A stretch of DNA of 64,000 bases from an uncultured delta proteobacterium (lineage in GTDB: Bacteria > Desulfobacterota > Binatia > UBA9968). The DNA lies in assembly GCA_963737905.1 (NCBI GenBank), contig CAVTUQ010000019.1, positions 136,837 to 200,836 on the forward strand, read 5' to 3'. Positions 1 through 9,781 of the stretch are shown piece by piece (the first letter of the stretch is position 1; each line of letters starts with the position of its first letter). The notes under the pieces were generated by a model, which searched no databases, was not told the DNA's origin, and was given only the letters and a program-made list of their open reading frames with translations. Position numbers and translations under genes: made by a program.

Positions 1-266
1 TCAAGGGCCACGGCATTGTGACGGTCGGTGCGACCATCGACGAGGCCTGCATCAATGCGCTTTATATGGAGCGCACGGCAAAAATCATGGCGATCGCGCG
101 GCTGCACGGCTACCAGGGACCGACGAAGGAATCGATTCAAATTTTGAGCGCCAGCAAGAAGAAGCTTTTCACTCGGCCCAGAGCCAATATGCCTCACTCC
201 GCTGAATGGCATTACTACGCCGACAAGATCAAGAAGGGGGAGCGTTGGACGAGAGGCTGGACCTGA
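1..266 (+). CDS. class II aldolase/adducin-family protein, C-terminal part (5' end outside window)
   Basis: The frame is open from nt 3. KGHGIVTVGATIDEACINALYMERTAK resembles the C-terminal region of class II aldolase/adducin-domain proteins. Confidence 0.55.
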   Translation, partial: KGHGIVTVGATIDEACINALYMERTAKIMAIARLHGYQGPTKESIQILSASKKKLFTRPRANMPHSAEWHYYADKIKKGERWTRGWT

Positions 267-348
267 TTGGCGCGAGAGTCTCGAGTTGCAGATACGAGTC
301 TCGTGTTAGGCAGCTCCTCTTATCACACCCAAAGAACGGAGAGCTGGT

Positions 349-1476
349 ATGATTTTGAATAGGTGGTTGATTGCCGTCCTTCTTCTGCTGGCCTTGCCGG
401 GCGACCTCGTCGCGCAGGAGCCCTACCTTGTTGCCTATGCGGGGTTTGCGGGTTTTCAAGCGCCGGTTTGGGCGCCGAAAGATCTCGGACTAATGGCCAA
501 ATATGGTTTCAACGGCGACGTCATTTTGGTGCCCGGCTCCGTCCGGCAGATTCAAGCCCTCCAGGGCGGTAGCATTCACTTTGCCCAGGTGGATGCGGCG
601 ACGGCCATCAATGCGATCAATCAGGGGGCGGACCTCGTGATGCTATCCGGTTCGCTCAATTCTTTTCCCTATAGCTTTATGGCCCAAAAGGAGATCCGCA
701 AGCCCGAAGATTTAGTCGGAAAGAAGATCGGTATTCTGGCCGTGGGCGGGGCCACGGAGACGGCGACGATTCTGGCGCTCAAGGCCTGGAACGTGCCGCG
801 CCAATCGGTCACGATCTTTCCCGCCGGTGACCCGGTGGCTCGAATCGCCGCACTTTCAACCAAGGCGATTGATGCCACCGTGCTCTCTTACCCCGATATC
901 AATGAGGCGATTCGCGTGGGCATGCATGCGCTCGCGGACATGAGCGAAATGAAAGAAGCGTCGTTCCCTATGAACGTGATGGCTGCGCGCCGCTCGTTCG
1001 TGGAAAAGAACCGGGACACGGTTAAGCGGTTACAACAAGCCTACGCCGAGGGAACTTACCTGTTCATAAACAACAAGGAGAAGGGGCTCTCCGTGCTATC
1101 GAAGCGTCTCAGGCAAAAAAACCCAAAGGCGCTTGAAGAAACCTATCAATATTTTGCCAAAAAGTTTTCATTCCCCACGCGCGTATCCCAAGTCGGTCTG
1201 CGCAATACCCTGGAGCTGCTCTCGCAGCGAACTTCCGGAGCCAAGATCGATATGAACGTGAACAAATACCTCGACGAAAGCACCCTCGACGAGCTGGAGC
1301 GTGAAGGTTTCTTTAAGCGGTTGGGGGGAAAAGCTGAGGACACCTGCCAGAGCTTACGGGGTGGTTTGTCAAACGAATCCAGATTCTTCACCCTGCGGGT
1401 TCAGAATGACAGTTGTTGCGATCGCAAGTTGACGCGGCAGGAATCGCCGCAATATAAATTCAGCCAGGGTGTCTGA
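349..1476 (+). CDS. periplasmic solute-binding protein, NMT1/THI5-like (nitrate/sulfonate/bicarbonate-type ABC SBP)
   Basis: Signal peptide MILNRWLIAVLLLLALPGDLVAQ. It is a paralog of the SBPs at 3679-4659 and 8010-9020 (shared EDLKGKxxG, GF(F/V)xxL C-terminal motif). About 45 aa of tail beyond the usual end is unexplained. Confidence 0.7.
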   Translation: MILNRWLIAVLLLLALPGDLVAQEPYLVAYAGFAGFQAPVWAPKDLGLMAKYGFNGDVILVPGSVRQIQALQGGSIHFAQVDAATAINAINQGADLVMLSGSLNSFPYSFMAQKEIRKPEDLVGKKIGILAVGGATETATILALKAWNVPRQSVTIFPAGDPVARIAALSTKAIDATVLSYPDINEAIRVGMHALADMSEMKEASFPMNVMAARRSFVEKNRDTVKRLQQAYAEGTYLFINNKEKGLSVLSKRLRQKNPKALEETYQYFAKKFSFPTRVSQVGLRNTLELLSQRTSGAKIDMNVNKYLDESTLDELEREGFFKRLGGKAEDTCQSLRGGLSNESRFFTLRVQNDSCCDRKLTRQESPQYKFSQGV

Positions 1477-1508
1477 CACTCACCCAAACTAGAAAAGGAG
1501 TCTTCCCT

Positions 1509-2516
1509 ATGCTCAGGCTTTCGGTTTTGTTGTTTGGATGGCTACTCATCTTGGTGGCGCCGCCCGCCTTCGGGCAAACTACGGCACTCATCGAAGCCGC
1601 CAAAAAAGAAGGCGGGAAAGTAATCGTCTATACCTCCATGGAGACGTTTACGGCAGACGCGCTCCAAAAGGCCTTTCAATCGAAGACCGGCCTGCAAATG
1701 GAGTACTGGCGCGGCGGTTCTACCGAGGTCATCGATCGTGTTCTGAGCGAGCACCGCGTCGGCAAACCAACCTTCGATGTCGTGGCCACCACCGGCGATC
1801 ACATGCACTTGATGGCGAAGGAAGGTGCCTTCATCAAATACGAATCGCCCTCGTTGAAAGGATTTGCCAAGGAGGCCATCGATCCGACCCTGGGCGCCCG
1901 TTACCGCAACGTCTTGTACGGCGTCATTTATAATAAAAATGGCATCAAAGCATCGGAAGCACCGAAGACCCTGGAAGATGTAGTCAAACCGGAGTACCGC
2001 GGCAAGCTCGTCATGCCCCATCCGGTCAATCACACCCTGACAACGCAATGGCTTGCGAGCCTCGACAAGATTATGCCGAAGCCGCGCGCGGAGAAATTTA
2101 TCCGCGATCTGGCGGCTGCAAAACCCATCTTCGTGGAGTCCATCGTACCGGCGGCCGATCGCGTCGGCACCGGGGAAACGCCGGTCGGAATCACTTTCGT
2201 GCGCTTCGTGTTAACGTACAACAAACAGGGCGCCAATCTTGATTACGTCCGTGACTATAACATGCTTGGCGACGGGCAATACATCGCCCTGGGAGCCAAG
2301 GCGCCCCGAGCCAATGCCGGCAAAGCTTTCATCGACTTCTTCCTCGACGACGAGAGCATGAAAATTCAGGCGAACACCGGTGAGTTCGTGAATCGAAAAG
2401 GCATCTATCCGCCGCTGGCCGACGCGGACAAAATCAAGTTCGTGCAGATGTATCAGTTTGGGAAAGAAGATTACGAGATTAAGAAAAAAGAATATCAGAA
2501 GATTTTTCTACAGTAG
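1509..2516 (+). CDS. extracellular solute-binding protein, family 1 (Fe3+/polyamine-type ABC SBP)
   Basis: Signal peptide LLILVAPPAFGQ. KVIVYTSMETFTADALQKAF and the overall length are typical of FbpA/AfuA-like SBPs. Confidence 0.65.
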   Translation: MLRLSVLLFGWLLILVAPPAFGQTTALIEAAKKEGGKVIVYTSMETFTADALQKAFQSKTGLQMEYWRGGSTEVIDRVLSEHRVGKPTFDVVATTGDHMHLMAKEGAFIKYESPSLKGFAKEAIDPTLGARYRNVLYGVIYNKNGIKASEAPKTLEDVVKPEYRGKLVMPHPVNHTLTTQWLASLDKIMPKPRAEKFIRDLAAAKPIFVESIVPAADRVGTGETPVGITFVRFVLTYNKQGANLDYVRDYNMLGDGQYIALGAKAPRANAGKAFIDFFLDDESMKIQANTGEFVNRKGIYPPLADADKIKFVQMYQFGKEDYEIKKKEYQKIFLQ

Positions 2517-2533
2517 GTATTCAGGAGAGAACG

Positions 2534-3607
2534 ATGTCAGGATTCGTTATTGATGCCGACGGGCATGTGATGGAGCAACACCAGGACCTCTTCGCTCACA
2601 TCAAAGGAAATTTTGGCGAAATGAATTGGCATTCCACCTGGCCCATGTTCGATGCCGACGGCTGGCAGCGGGGTCTGTCGCGCAAGGGAAAGCGCGAAGA
2701 TCCGGATGCCGAGGCGTGGATTCGTTTTCAGAACGAGAACGGCATCGACTGTGCCGTGCTTTACCCAACCTCGGCCCTCGCGTTGGGGATGATCCAGCTA
2801 CCCGCCTGGGCGTCCGCTCTCGCGCAAGGCTATAACGACTGGCTGCACCATCGCTTCATCAGCCAGACGCCCCGCCTAAAAGGAGTCGCGCTGCTGGCAC
2901 CGCAGGATCCCAAAGCCGCGGCCGGGGAACTTAGGCGGTCAGTGAAAGAACTCGGCTTCGCTGGCGGACTGTTGCCCTCGGTGACGAACAATCGCCTCCC
3001 CCTGTATGGCTCATCCGTCTTTCACGAAATCTACGATGAGGCTCAACGATTGGATGTGCCCCTCGCCATCCATGGGGGAGTCAGCCAAAATCTCGGCCTC
3101 GACCGCGTCTGCAGTTTTTTGGAGGCGCACATGCTGGAACACCCGGTGGGGTTGTTCCTGCAAATTACCAATATGATGTTTCAAGGGGTTTTTCAGGAAT
3201 TTCCCAGGCTGCGCGTCGCATTTCTGGAAGCCGGGGCCGGCTGGGTGCCGTTCATGATGGACCGGATGGAGGAAGACTACGAAAAATTCGCCGCCCGTCT
3301 GGCGCCGCATCTAAAGAACCCGCCGAGTCATTTTTTTAAAAGCGGCAACATTTTCGTCACGATGGAAGTTGAGGAACGTACCGCCCCCTATGTCGTCGAC
3401 CTGCTCCGCCCTGACGTCATCATGTGGGCCTCGGACTTTCCCCACGAGCGCGAGCGCGACCAATTCGGCGGCGACCTGCCTCATCTGATGGGACGGAAAG
3501 ATCTTTCCGACGAGATCAAACAAAAGATGCTCTTCGACAATCCGGTCCGTTTCTATCGGTTCAGCGAAGGCGATATCGCCGCGGTGAAAAATGCGAAAGG
3601 GGATTAG
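2534..3607 (+). CDS. amidohydrolase-2 family metal-dependent hydrolase/decarboxylase (ACMSD-like)
   Basis: N-terminal VIDADGHVME, internal LAIHGG, and C-terminal ASDFPHE are hallmark metal-ligand motifs of PF04909-type proteins. Confidence 0.75.
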   Translation: MSGFVIDADGHVMEQHQDLFAHIKGNFGEMNWHSTWPMFDADGWQRGLSRKGKREDPDAEAWIRFQNENGIDCAVLYPTSALALGMIQLPAWASALAQGYNDWLHHRFISQTPRLKGVALLAPQDPKAAAGELRRSVKELGFAGGLLPSVTNNRLPLYGSSVFHEIYDEAQRLDVPLAIHGGVSQNLGLDRVCSFLEAHMLEHPVGLFLQITNMMFQGVFQEFPRLRVAFLEAGAGWVPFMMDRMEEDYEKFAARLAPHLKNPPSHFFKSGNIFVTMEVEERTAPYVVDLLRPDVIMWASDFPHERERDQFGGDLPHLMGRKDLSDEIKQKMLFDNPVRFYRFSEGDIAAVKNAKGD

Positions 3608-3678
3608 GACAACGATCAGTAGCCGATCTCGTCGGAAGGAAGATCGGCTGGCGGCCCATCTTGGTTGCGAGGTTTATC

Positions 3679-4659
3679 CTACCGGCCCAACAGCTTCCGC
3701 ACGAAACCCTCTTCTTCCAGCTTCTTCAGATAGCGATCGGTGACATAGTTATTGGCGTTGACTTTAGCCAATTTTGGCTCGCGCTCGATGAGGGGATCGA
3801 TTACGGCTTGCATGGCCGTCGCAGAGGGATACGGCACGTCGGGGATGCGCGCTTTGTTGTATTCGTAAGCTTCTTTCAACAATTCCTGGTCGTTGACGCG
3901 GCTAAACTGCGCCAGCGCTTTCAAGGTATATTCCGGCTCGGTCTTGAAAATTTTGATCGCTTCCAGGTAAGCGCGGAGAAAATTCAAAGTCTTGCTCTCA
4001 TGCTTTTGCAGCAACTTCGCGCTTCCGCAGATCCCGGTGTTAAAATACGGGATGCCCAGCGCAGCGGCATCGGCGAGGATATTGAAGTTAAATTTCTTTG
4101 CCTCCGAGCCGAAAGGGGCGTTAAAAACCGACGCGTCGATGTTGCCTGATTTGAGAGCGACCAGCCGCTCCGTTTCGTTACCGATCTGTAGAATCGTTAC
4201 TTCCTTTGGATCGATACCAACTTTCTTTAGAAGAGTCCGCACTCCGAATTCCGACGACGAACCGAAGCGGCTGATACCGAAACGTTTGCCTTTTAGCTCC
4301 GCTACGCTCTTAATTTGAGATCCCGTTACCAGTTGGTACCCCATGCGATCGTCCGACATGGCGATATAGAGGATATCGGCGCCCCGCAAATTGGCGGTTA
4401 CGCCCGGGGCGCCGGTAAGCTGAGCCACGTCCGCGTCTCCCGAGATCAGGGCTTGAACCGCCGTACTGCCACCCGGAACGTAAACCAGAACGGACGACAA
4501 GCCGTACTTTGCATAAAGCCCGCGTTTTTCTGCGATCGACGCCAGAAGAGCGTGGGGATTGACCGAACTATAAATGATCCGCAGGCTTTCTTGGGCGCGA
4601 GCATTGGGCTCCGCGAACAGACTCAAGCAGAAACAAAATAGTAGAATCGCAGGCTTCAT
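3679..4659 (-). CDS. periplasmic solute-binding protein, NMT1/THI5-like
   Basis: Start moved to MKPAILLFCFCLSLFAEPNARAQ (ATG 4657-4659) behind a GGAGAGG RBS. Paralog of 349-1476 and 8010-9020. Confidence 0.75.
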   Translation of the reverse strand: MKPAILLFCFCLSLFAEPNARAQESLRIIYSSVNPHALLASIAEKRGLYAKYGLSSVLVYVPGGSTAVQALISGDADVAQLTGAPGVTANLRGADILYIAMSDDRMGYQLVTGSQIKSVAELKGKRFGISRFGSSSEFGVRTLLKKVGIDPKEVTILQIGNETERLVALKSGNIDASVFNAPFGSEAKKFNFNILADAAALGIPYFNTGICGSAKLLQKHESKTLNFLRAYLEAIKIFKTEPEYTLKALAQFSRVNDQELLKEAYEYNKARIPDVPYPSATAMQAVIDPLIEREPKLAKVNANNYVTDRYLKKLEEEGFVRKLLGR

Positions 4660-4854
4660 CTTTGCCTCTCCATCGTCTGCCCCGCAACATCGATAGCTAG
4701 AATTTGCGCCATAGCATCCTCCTCGTCGTTTCAATTACGCTTCTACTCGTTTCGTCGGATGGCTGTCAACGAGGAATGGAGTGATGGAGTATTGGAGTGT
4801 TGGACTTTCCAGCGACTTGAGACTCGGAACGCGGAAAATCGAGACTTGGGTCCG

Positions 4855-5760
4855 CTATGTTCTCGCGTAGTCCGCGAGGGCGGCACGCCAGTCTCGCATC
4901 GGGGACAGACCAAGCTCTTCAGAGAGTACACAGCGCATCGGGGTGTAGCGGGGTCGAACGGCGGCTCTTTGCATATCCGCTTCCTTCACCACTTCGATGA
5001 GAGGGTCGAGCTGCTCTCGACTCAAACCGCCGAGACGTCCCGCTTCCAGGGCGAATTCATAATAGGAGCAAACACCCTCGTTAACGATATGGTAGGTGCC
5101 GTAACGACCTTTGCCCAGAATTTGGAGTATACGCTTGATCAGATCTTCGACGTACGTCGTGCTGGACCAGATATCGACGATGGCGCGAACCCGTTTCCCG
5201 GCGCACAGGTCGTCGTGCACGGTGCAGAGAAAACTATTTTTGCCGCTGCCATAAACCCACGAAGTGCGAATGATATAGCTCCGACCACAAGCATCCCGTA
5301 CTGCTTCCTCGCTCGCGACTTTTGTTCTGCCGTATCCATTGACCGGTCGCGGCTCGTCCTTAATTGTGTACGGCGGCCGGCCGATGGGCTCGCCGTCAAA
5401 GGCATACTGGGTGCTGAAGTGAATGATCTCCGCGTCCAGCCGGGTGGCCGCTGCCGAGAGAAATCGCGGTCCCTCGACGTTAACCGCCCGAGCTTTGCCC
5501 GGATTTTGTTCGGCCTCGTCGACCTGTATCACTGCACAATTGACGATCAAAGACGGTCTAATGGAGAGCGCACAACGATTGACGGCATCGCGATCCGTGA
5601 TATCGAGGTCGCCATGCCTCAGCGCCCATAGGTCGTGATCACCGGCCAATGCGCGTGCCAGATGGCTGCCCACGAGCCCCTCCGCGCCTGTGACAAGAAT
5701 TCTCACTGTGACGACGACTTTAAAACGAACGGGCGCGGTCATCAAGGACGTGAAAAACAC
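4855..5760 (-). CDS. RmlD-like SDR (dTDP-4-dehydrorhamnose reductase family)
   Basis: ILVTGAEGLVGSHL Rossmann motif, YGRTK catalytic motif, and RmlD substrate-binding-domain-like C-terminus. The true start may be internal (VRILVTG). Confidence 0.7.
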   Translation of the reverse strand: MFFTSLMTAPVRFKVVVTVRILVTGAEGLVGSHLARALAGDHDLWALRHGDLDITDRDAVNRCALSIRPSLIVNCAVIQVDEAEQNPGKARAVNVEGPRFLSAAATRLDAEIIHFSTQYAFDGEPIGRPPYTIKDEPRPVNGYGRTKVASEEAVRDACGRSYIIRTSWVYGSGKNSFLCTVHDDLCAGKRVRAIVDIWSSTTYVEDLIKRILQILGKGRYGTYHIVNEGVCSYYEFALEAGRLGGLSREQLDPLIEVVKEADMQRAAVRPRYTPMRCVLSEELGLSPMRDWRAALADYART

Positions 5761-5766
5761 CGTTAA

Positions 5767-6630
5767 TTAACGATTCAGCAACGCGACCGCTATCAGTCCC
5801 ACGATTAGTCCGAAAGTCTTCAAACGAGAGAGTTGCTCCTTGAACAGGATCATCGCGAGTAATGAGCTCACGCCAACGACGCCAACGCTGTAGATAGGGA
5901 ACAATTGCGAGCTCTGCCAACCTTCCAGACTCAGGACTTTGACGAGACAGTAAATCGCACCGTAGTTTATCAAGCCTAGAAGTCCACCCCATATGAAGTC
6001 TCCGGCGTGAACTCCGACTTTATTAAGAATCTGCGCGAGCCCAATGGCAATACTTGTTGCAAAGGCAAAGAAAAAAGACGTCGTCACGTAGAGGTGGTAG
6101 GAAGAACTGTCGAGATAGCGCGCCTGCGTGAACTTCAGCAACGTGAAGTGACAGCCGAACATGAAGAACACGAGAATCGGCAGGATTCGACGCAACCCTA
6201 CATGAGTAACGCCCAAGTCCTGCCCGGTCACCGTGCAAAGATAAAGCGACGAGAGCGCGGTTGCCAACCCGACGATCTTCACGCTGTTCAACGAGTCGCC
6301 GTAGAGGAGGAAAGCCAGGATCGCCGGGATAGCCACCGACAACCGACTCGCCAGAGCCGCAACCGAGACACCCGCGCGCTGGGCGGTATAGGCCAACAAG
6401 TAAAAGTTCACGGCGAGAATGAATCCTTGCAGCAGCGCAAACAAAAACCACGGCCGTGATACAAGCTCGAAAACGTCACGCGACGCCGGGTCGAAGATTG
6501 CTCCCACCACCATGCAGGTGAAGTAGTTTATCGGGATTGCCCAGAAGAGATTCACCCGCCAATCGCCGAACGCCCGGAATAACAACGGCAACGAAGCCGA
6601 GCAAAGAATCGCGAGCAACAGGAAAATCAT
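5767..6630 (-). CDS. EamA/DMT-family membrane transporter
   Basis: 287 aa, about 10 hydrophobic helices, with the two-repeat architecture typical of drug/metabolite transporters. Confidence 0.6.
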   Translation of the reverse strand: MIFLLLAILCSASLPLLFRAFGDWRVNLFWAIPINYFTCMVVGAIFDPASRDVFELVSRPWFLFALLQGFILAVNFYLLAYTAQRAGVSVAALASRLSVAIPAILAFLLYGDSLNSVKIVGLATALSSLYLCTVTGQDLGVTHVGLRRILPILVFFMFGCHFTLLKFTQARYLDSSSYHLYVTTSFFFAFATSIAIGLAQILNKVGVHAGDFIWGGLLGLINYGAIYCLVKVLSLEGWQSSQLFPIYSVGVVGVSSLLAMILFKEQLSRLKTFGLIVGLIAVALLNR

Positions 6631-6636
6631 CGAGGG

Positions 6637-7989
6637 CTAGAAACGCAGCGCGCTTAAGCGAGTCATGAGATCGAGGTTTGCTTTTCTCGCCTCTTCCAAG
6701 ACCTTTCCCTCTTCCGCGAGTTGGAGCTGGCGGTCTCTCATTATGACCCGCCCATCAACGATGACTGTTTGAACATCGCTCGCCTTGGCGCAGTGCACGA
6801 GCTGGCTAAAGAGATCATTGACAGGTTGGTTGTGGATCGTATCCAAGTCCACCAGTATCAGATCCGCCCGCTTCCCGACGTCGATGGTTCCACAGAGGGA
6901 CGCGAGCCCCAAAGCGCGAGCGCCGCCCGCGGTGGCCATGCGAAGAACCGTATACGGATCGATAACTCCCGCATCCAGGTGATGCACCTTTTGCAGCAAA
7001 GAGGCGGTTTTCATGGTTTCGAAAAGGTCCTGGGAATGATTGCTGGCCGCCCCATCGGTGCCAAGCGCAACGTTGACCCCGTGACGCAGCATCGCGACCA
7101 CAGGCGCAACACCGTCGCCCAGTATCATGTTGCTCACGGGATTGTGGGAGACCGACGTGCCGCGCTCCTCGAGAATCTGAATCTCGGCGTCTGAAATATG
7201 AACGCAGTGGGCAAACAGGGAGGTTTTGGCAGGAATGCCAAAATCGTCGAGAAATTTCACGACTCCGGATTTCCCGTGCTTCTCCTCGGTGAATTCGACC
7301 ACGGACTTGGACTCCGCAACGTGAGCGCTGATGCCGATTCTCTTATCGTCCGCGAAACGCCGGATGTCCCTCAGCAACTCCGGCGTCGTGTTGAGCGGCG
7401 GTGTGTTGGGGCCGGTCATAAATGAAAAAAGCTCGTTTTGTTTATTCCCATCGATAATCGTTTCGATATGCCGAAAGGCTTGATCCGAGTTTTCTTTTAC
7501 GCAGTCGGGAACCATCTCCCCGGTGTCCATGATGGTTCTGGCAAACACCGCGCGCAACCCGGAGTCTCGTATCGCGCGAACCGTTTCAAACGCACACCCA
7601 GGGTGAGGATTGAGAAAATTATGCTCGCAAAGCGTGGTGACGCCGCTTCGGATGGCTTCAATGCAGCCCAGCCTTGTTCCGGCGTAGAAGTGCTCCGGGC
7701 GAAGGACCTGCGCCGCGCCGTAGATTCGTTTGAGCCACGGCAAGAGGGGGAGATCTTCCCACACCGCGCGCAGTAAAACCTGGTAGAGATGCGTGTGGGC
7801 GTTCACTAGACCCGGCATCAAGACCGAGCCGGATGCGTCGATGATGTCTGGGTCAGTGCCGGTTTGGTTCGCTGAGCCTTCGCTTACTTCCGTGATGACG
7901 CCGTCTTGGACGCGCACGTAGCCGGAGAACGACTTGCGCTCTTCCGTCATCGGAACAACAAGGGCATTGGCGAGGGTCAGGCGGCTCAC
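6637..7989 (-). CDS. amidohydrolase-1 family deaminase/chlorohydrolase (MtaD/guanine-deaminase/TRZ-ATZ-like)
   Basis: GLVNAHTHLYQ metal-binding motif, HCVH, GTDGAASN, 450 aa. Confidence 0.75.
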   Translation of the reverse strand: MSRLTLANALVVPMTEERKSFSGYVRVQDGVITEVSEGSANQTGTDPDIIDASGSVLMPGLVNAHTHLYQVLLRAVWEDLPLLPWLKRIYGAAQVLRPEHFYAGTRLGCIEAIRSGVTTLCEHNFLNPHPGCAFETVRAIRDSGLRAVFARTIMDTGEMVPDCVKENSDQAFRHIETIIDGNKQNELFSFMTGPNTPPLNTTPELLRDIRRFADDKRIGISAHVAESKSVVEFTEEKHGKSGVVKFLDDFGIPAKTSLFAHCVHISDAEIQILEERGTSVSHNPVSNMILGDGVAPVVAMLRHGVNVALGTDGAASNHSQDLFETMKTASLLQKVHHLDAGVIDPYTVLRMATAGGARALGLASLCGTIDVGKRADLILVDLDTIHNQPVNDLFSQLVHCAKASDVQTVIVDGRVIMRDRQLQLAEEGKVLEEARKANLDLMTRLSALRF

Positions 7990-8009
7990 TCTAGATTCCT
8001 GGTCCTAAG

Positions 8010-9020
8010 TTAGCTCGCTTTGCCGTAAAGCCGGTCGATAAAGCCGCTCTTCTTGATCTCCTCCATCAAGCTCGTGTCCATGAAACTTTCTGCTCGCGCG
8101 CCGCGGGCTTTGGGAGTCAAGAGCGCATCGATCGCCGTCTGAATACCCTTGGCTTCGGGAAGCGGATATGGATTCATGCTCTTTACGAGCCGCTCGTAAA
8201 CCGGCTCGACTTCCGGTTCGTCGATGCTTTGTCGTAGCACGGCTTTGGCAATTTCCGGCTTGGTCTTGAACACGTAGATCCCTTCCGTCAAGGCCTCAAG
8301 GAAGCGGCGGATATTCGGCCTTTGGGTTCTCAGCAATGAACCATCAACAACGACTCCGTAGTTCGCGTAGTCCAGCGGCAGTTCAGCAAGGTCGGCAAAA
8401 ACCCGACAGCATCCGCTGGCTAAGATTTTTTGCACCTGGGTAGAGCTGACGATGGCCGCGTCCATATGACCGCCCATCAAGGCGGCGATTCGAGTCGGTG
8501 TATTGCCGGATTGCAGTATGCGTACGTCTTTATCGGGATCGAGTTTCCAGTAACGCAGGATGACGCGGGTGATAATGTCTGATCCTGAACCGTAGCGGCT
8601 GATGGCGACCGTTTTCCCTTTGAGGTCGGCTGGAGTGTTGATGGCTTTACGTACGACGAAAAAGGGCTCCAAACGGTTGATCATGACCGATATGACTTTG
8701 ATGTCGGTGGCGCCGGAAACACCCAGGCTTAAGAGCGCTGTCACATCGAAGCCTGCCAAACCGATATCGCCGGCTGAAAGCGTCTGGGCCATTAACGTTC
8801 CGCTGGTCAGGTAGATCGGTCTCACATCGACGCCGTGTTTGCGCCAGAGATTAGCGCGCTCGGTTACCCTGATGAGATCAGCGCCAACTCCACTGCCGCT
8901 GAAACCCAAATTCAAAACCGGGATAGTCTGCGCGCTCGTCTTAACGGAGCAGGTCAGAACTAGCGCAATGGAAACCCAGAGTGTGAAGCGCTTTATCATA
9001 AAGCTCCTCCTTGCCGTCAT
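8010..9020 (-). CDS. periplasmic solute-binding protein, NMT1/THI5-like
   Basis: Signal peptide FTLWVSIALVLTCSVKTSAQ. Third paralog of this SBP type. The start could be the internal MIKRF. Confidence 0.7.
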   Translation of the reverse strand: MTARRSFMIKRFTLWVSIALVLTCSVKTSAQTIPVLNLGFSGSGVGADLIRVTERANLWRKHGVDVRPIYLTSGTLMAQTLSAGDIGLAGFDVTALLSLGVSGATDIKVISVMINRLEPFFVVRKAINTPADLKGKTVAISRYGSGSDIITRVILRYWKLDPDKDVRILQSGNTPTRIAALMGGHMDAAIVSSTQVQKILASGCCRVFADLAELPLDYANYGVVVDGSLLRTQRPNIRRFLEALTEGIYVFKTKPEIAKAVLRQSIDEPEVEPVYERLVKSMNPYPLPEAKGIQTAIDALLTPKARGARAESFMDTSLMEEIKKSGFIDRLYGKAS

Positions 9021-9181
9021 CTTACCGGACCTGCGACTAATTGATACAGTGACAAGGGTGAAGTTAACAAGTCGTCTCGTTGCCCCAGGAGTCCGCCTTG
9101 GCCTTGACGATCTATCCCCGACAGGATTAAAGTAAAAAGGCTTGGTGATGCAAGCAAATTTAATGGAAAAGAGGTAGCCCC

Positions 9182-9589
9182 ATGGCGCAGGAAGCGAAAA
9201 TCTTCAAATATCAGACTCCCGAATTCGAGGGCGTCAAGAAGTCGATGATTGTGTGCAACAGCGATCTCATGAAAGTCATGGTCCAGGTCGTGAAGGACGG
9301 GGGCGAAAACAACCTCCATACCCACACCGGCGACGATGCCTTCTGGTATGTGATGAACGGCGCCGTGAAATTCTACGGCGAGGGCGACAAGTTGATCGGC
9401 GAATTCAACAAAGGCGAGGGAATCTTGATTCCTCGGGGATTCAAATATTGGTTTGAAAGCTGTGCCGGCGAGCCGCTTGAAATTCTCCGCGTGACCGCGA
9501 AAGACCAGACCGTCGAAAACAAGCGGGTCAATCTCACAGCGCCCAAGCAGTGGATGATCGATCAAGGCACGCCTGGCGTCACGGCGTAG
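9182..9589 (+). CDS. cupin-domain protein
   Basis: 135 aa with NNLHTHTGDDAFWYVMNGAVKF...IPRGFKYWF, a two-motif cupin signature. Confidence 0.6.
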   Translation: MAQEAKIFKYQTPEFEGVKKSMIVCNSDLMKVMVQVVKDGGENNLHTHTGDDAFWYVMNGAVKFYGEGDKLIGEFNKGEGILIPRGFKYWFESCAGEPLEILRVTAKDQTVENKRVNLTAPKQWMIDQGTPGVTA

Positions 9590-9617
9590 TCTCACCTTCC
9601 CTCTAAGCGATTCATCG

Positions 9618-9664
9618 ATCGGACTTCATGACGACAGTCGCGAAGTCCGATTTCTTTTTGTTTG
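9618..9664 (+). terminator. rho-independent terminator-like hairpin between convergent genes
   Basis: Perfect 10-bp stem ATCGGACTTC (9618-9627) / GAAGTCCGAT (9642-9651), followed by TTCTTTTTGTTTG. Confidence 0.6.
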
Positions 9665-9781
9665 CGTGCTCCGGCCAAAGATTAACCCTGTTCCGAACAT
9701 TAGTTCGAGCATTGAAGTGACTCTTTCCTGGGTAACGAAGTGTTTGTCGGAGCAGGGTTAATTCGTCTTCGCGGGGCCCGT

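Noticed and set aside
1330-1476. About 45-aa C-terminal tail on the first NMT1-type SBP, possibly a lost stop or a frameshift.
   Set aside because: I found no alternative frame that continues a recognisable sequence. The paralogs end at the GFF.RLGG-equivalent position, so this is probably just a drifted stop codon. There is not enough evidence to call it.
3621-3649. Hairpin AGCCGATC / GATCGGCT between the convergent amidohydrolase and SBP genes, considered as a terminator.
   Set aside because: The stem is only 8 bp with a 13-nt loop, and no U-tract follows on either strand. It is too weak to annotate.
9017-9595. 192-aa minus-strand ORF covering the cupin gene.
   Set aside because: It is antisense to a better-supported cupin ORF with an RBS-like context and has no recognisable motifs.
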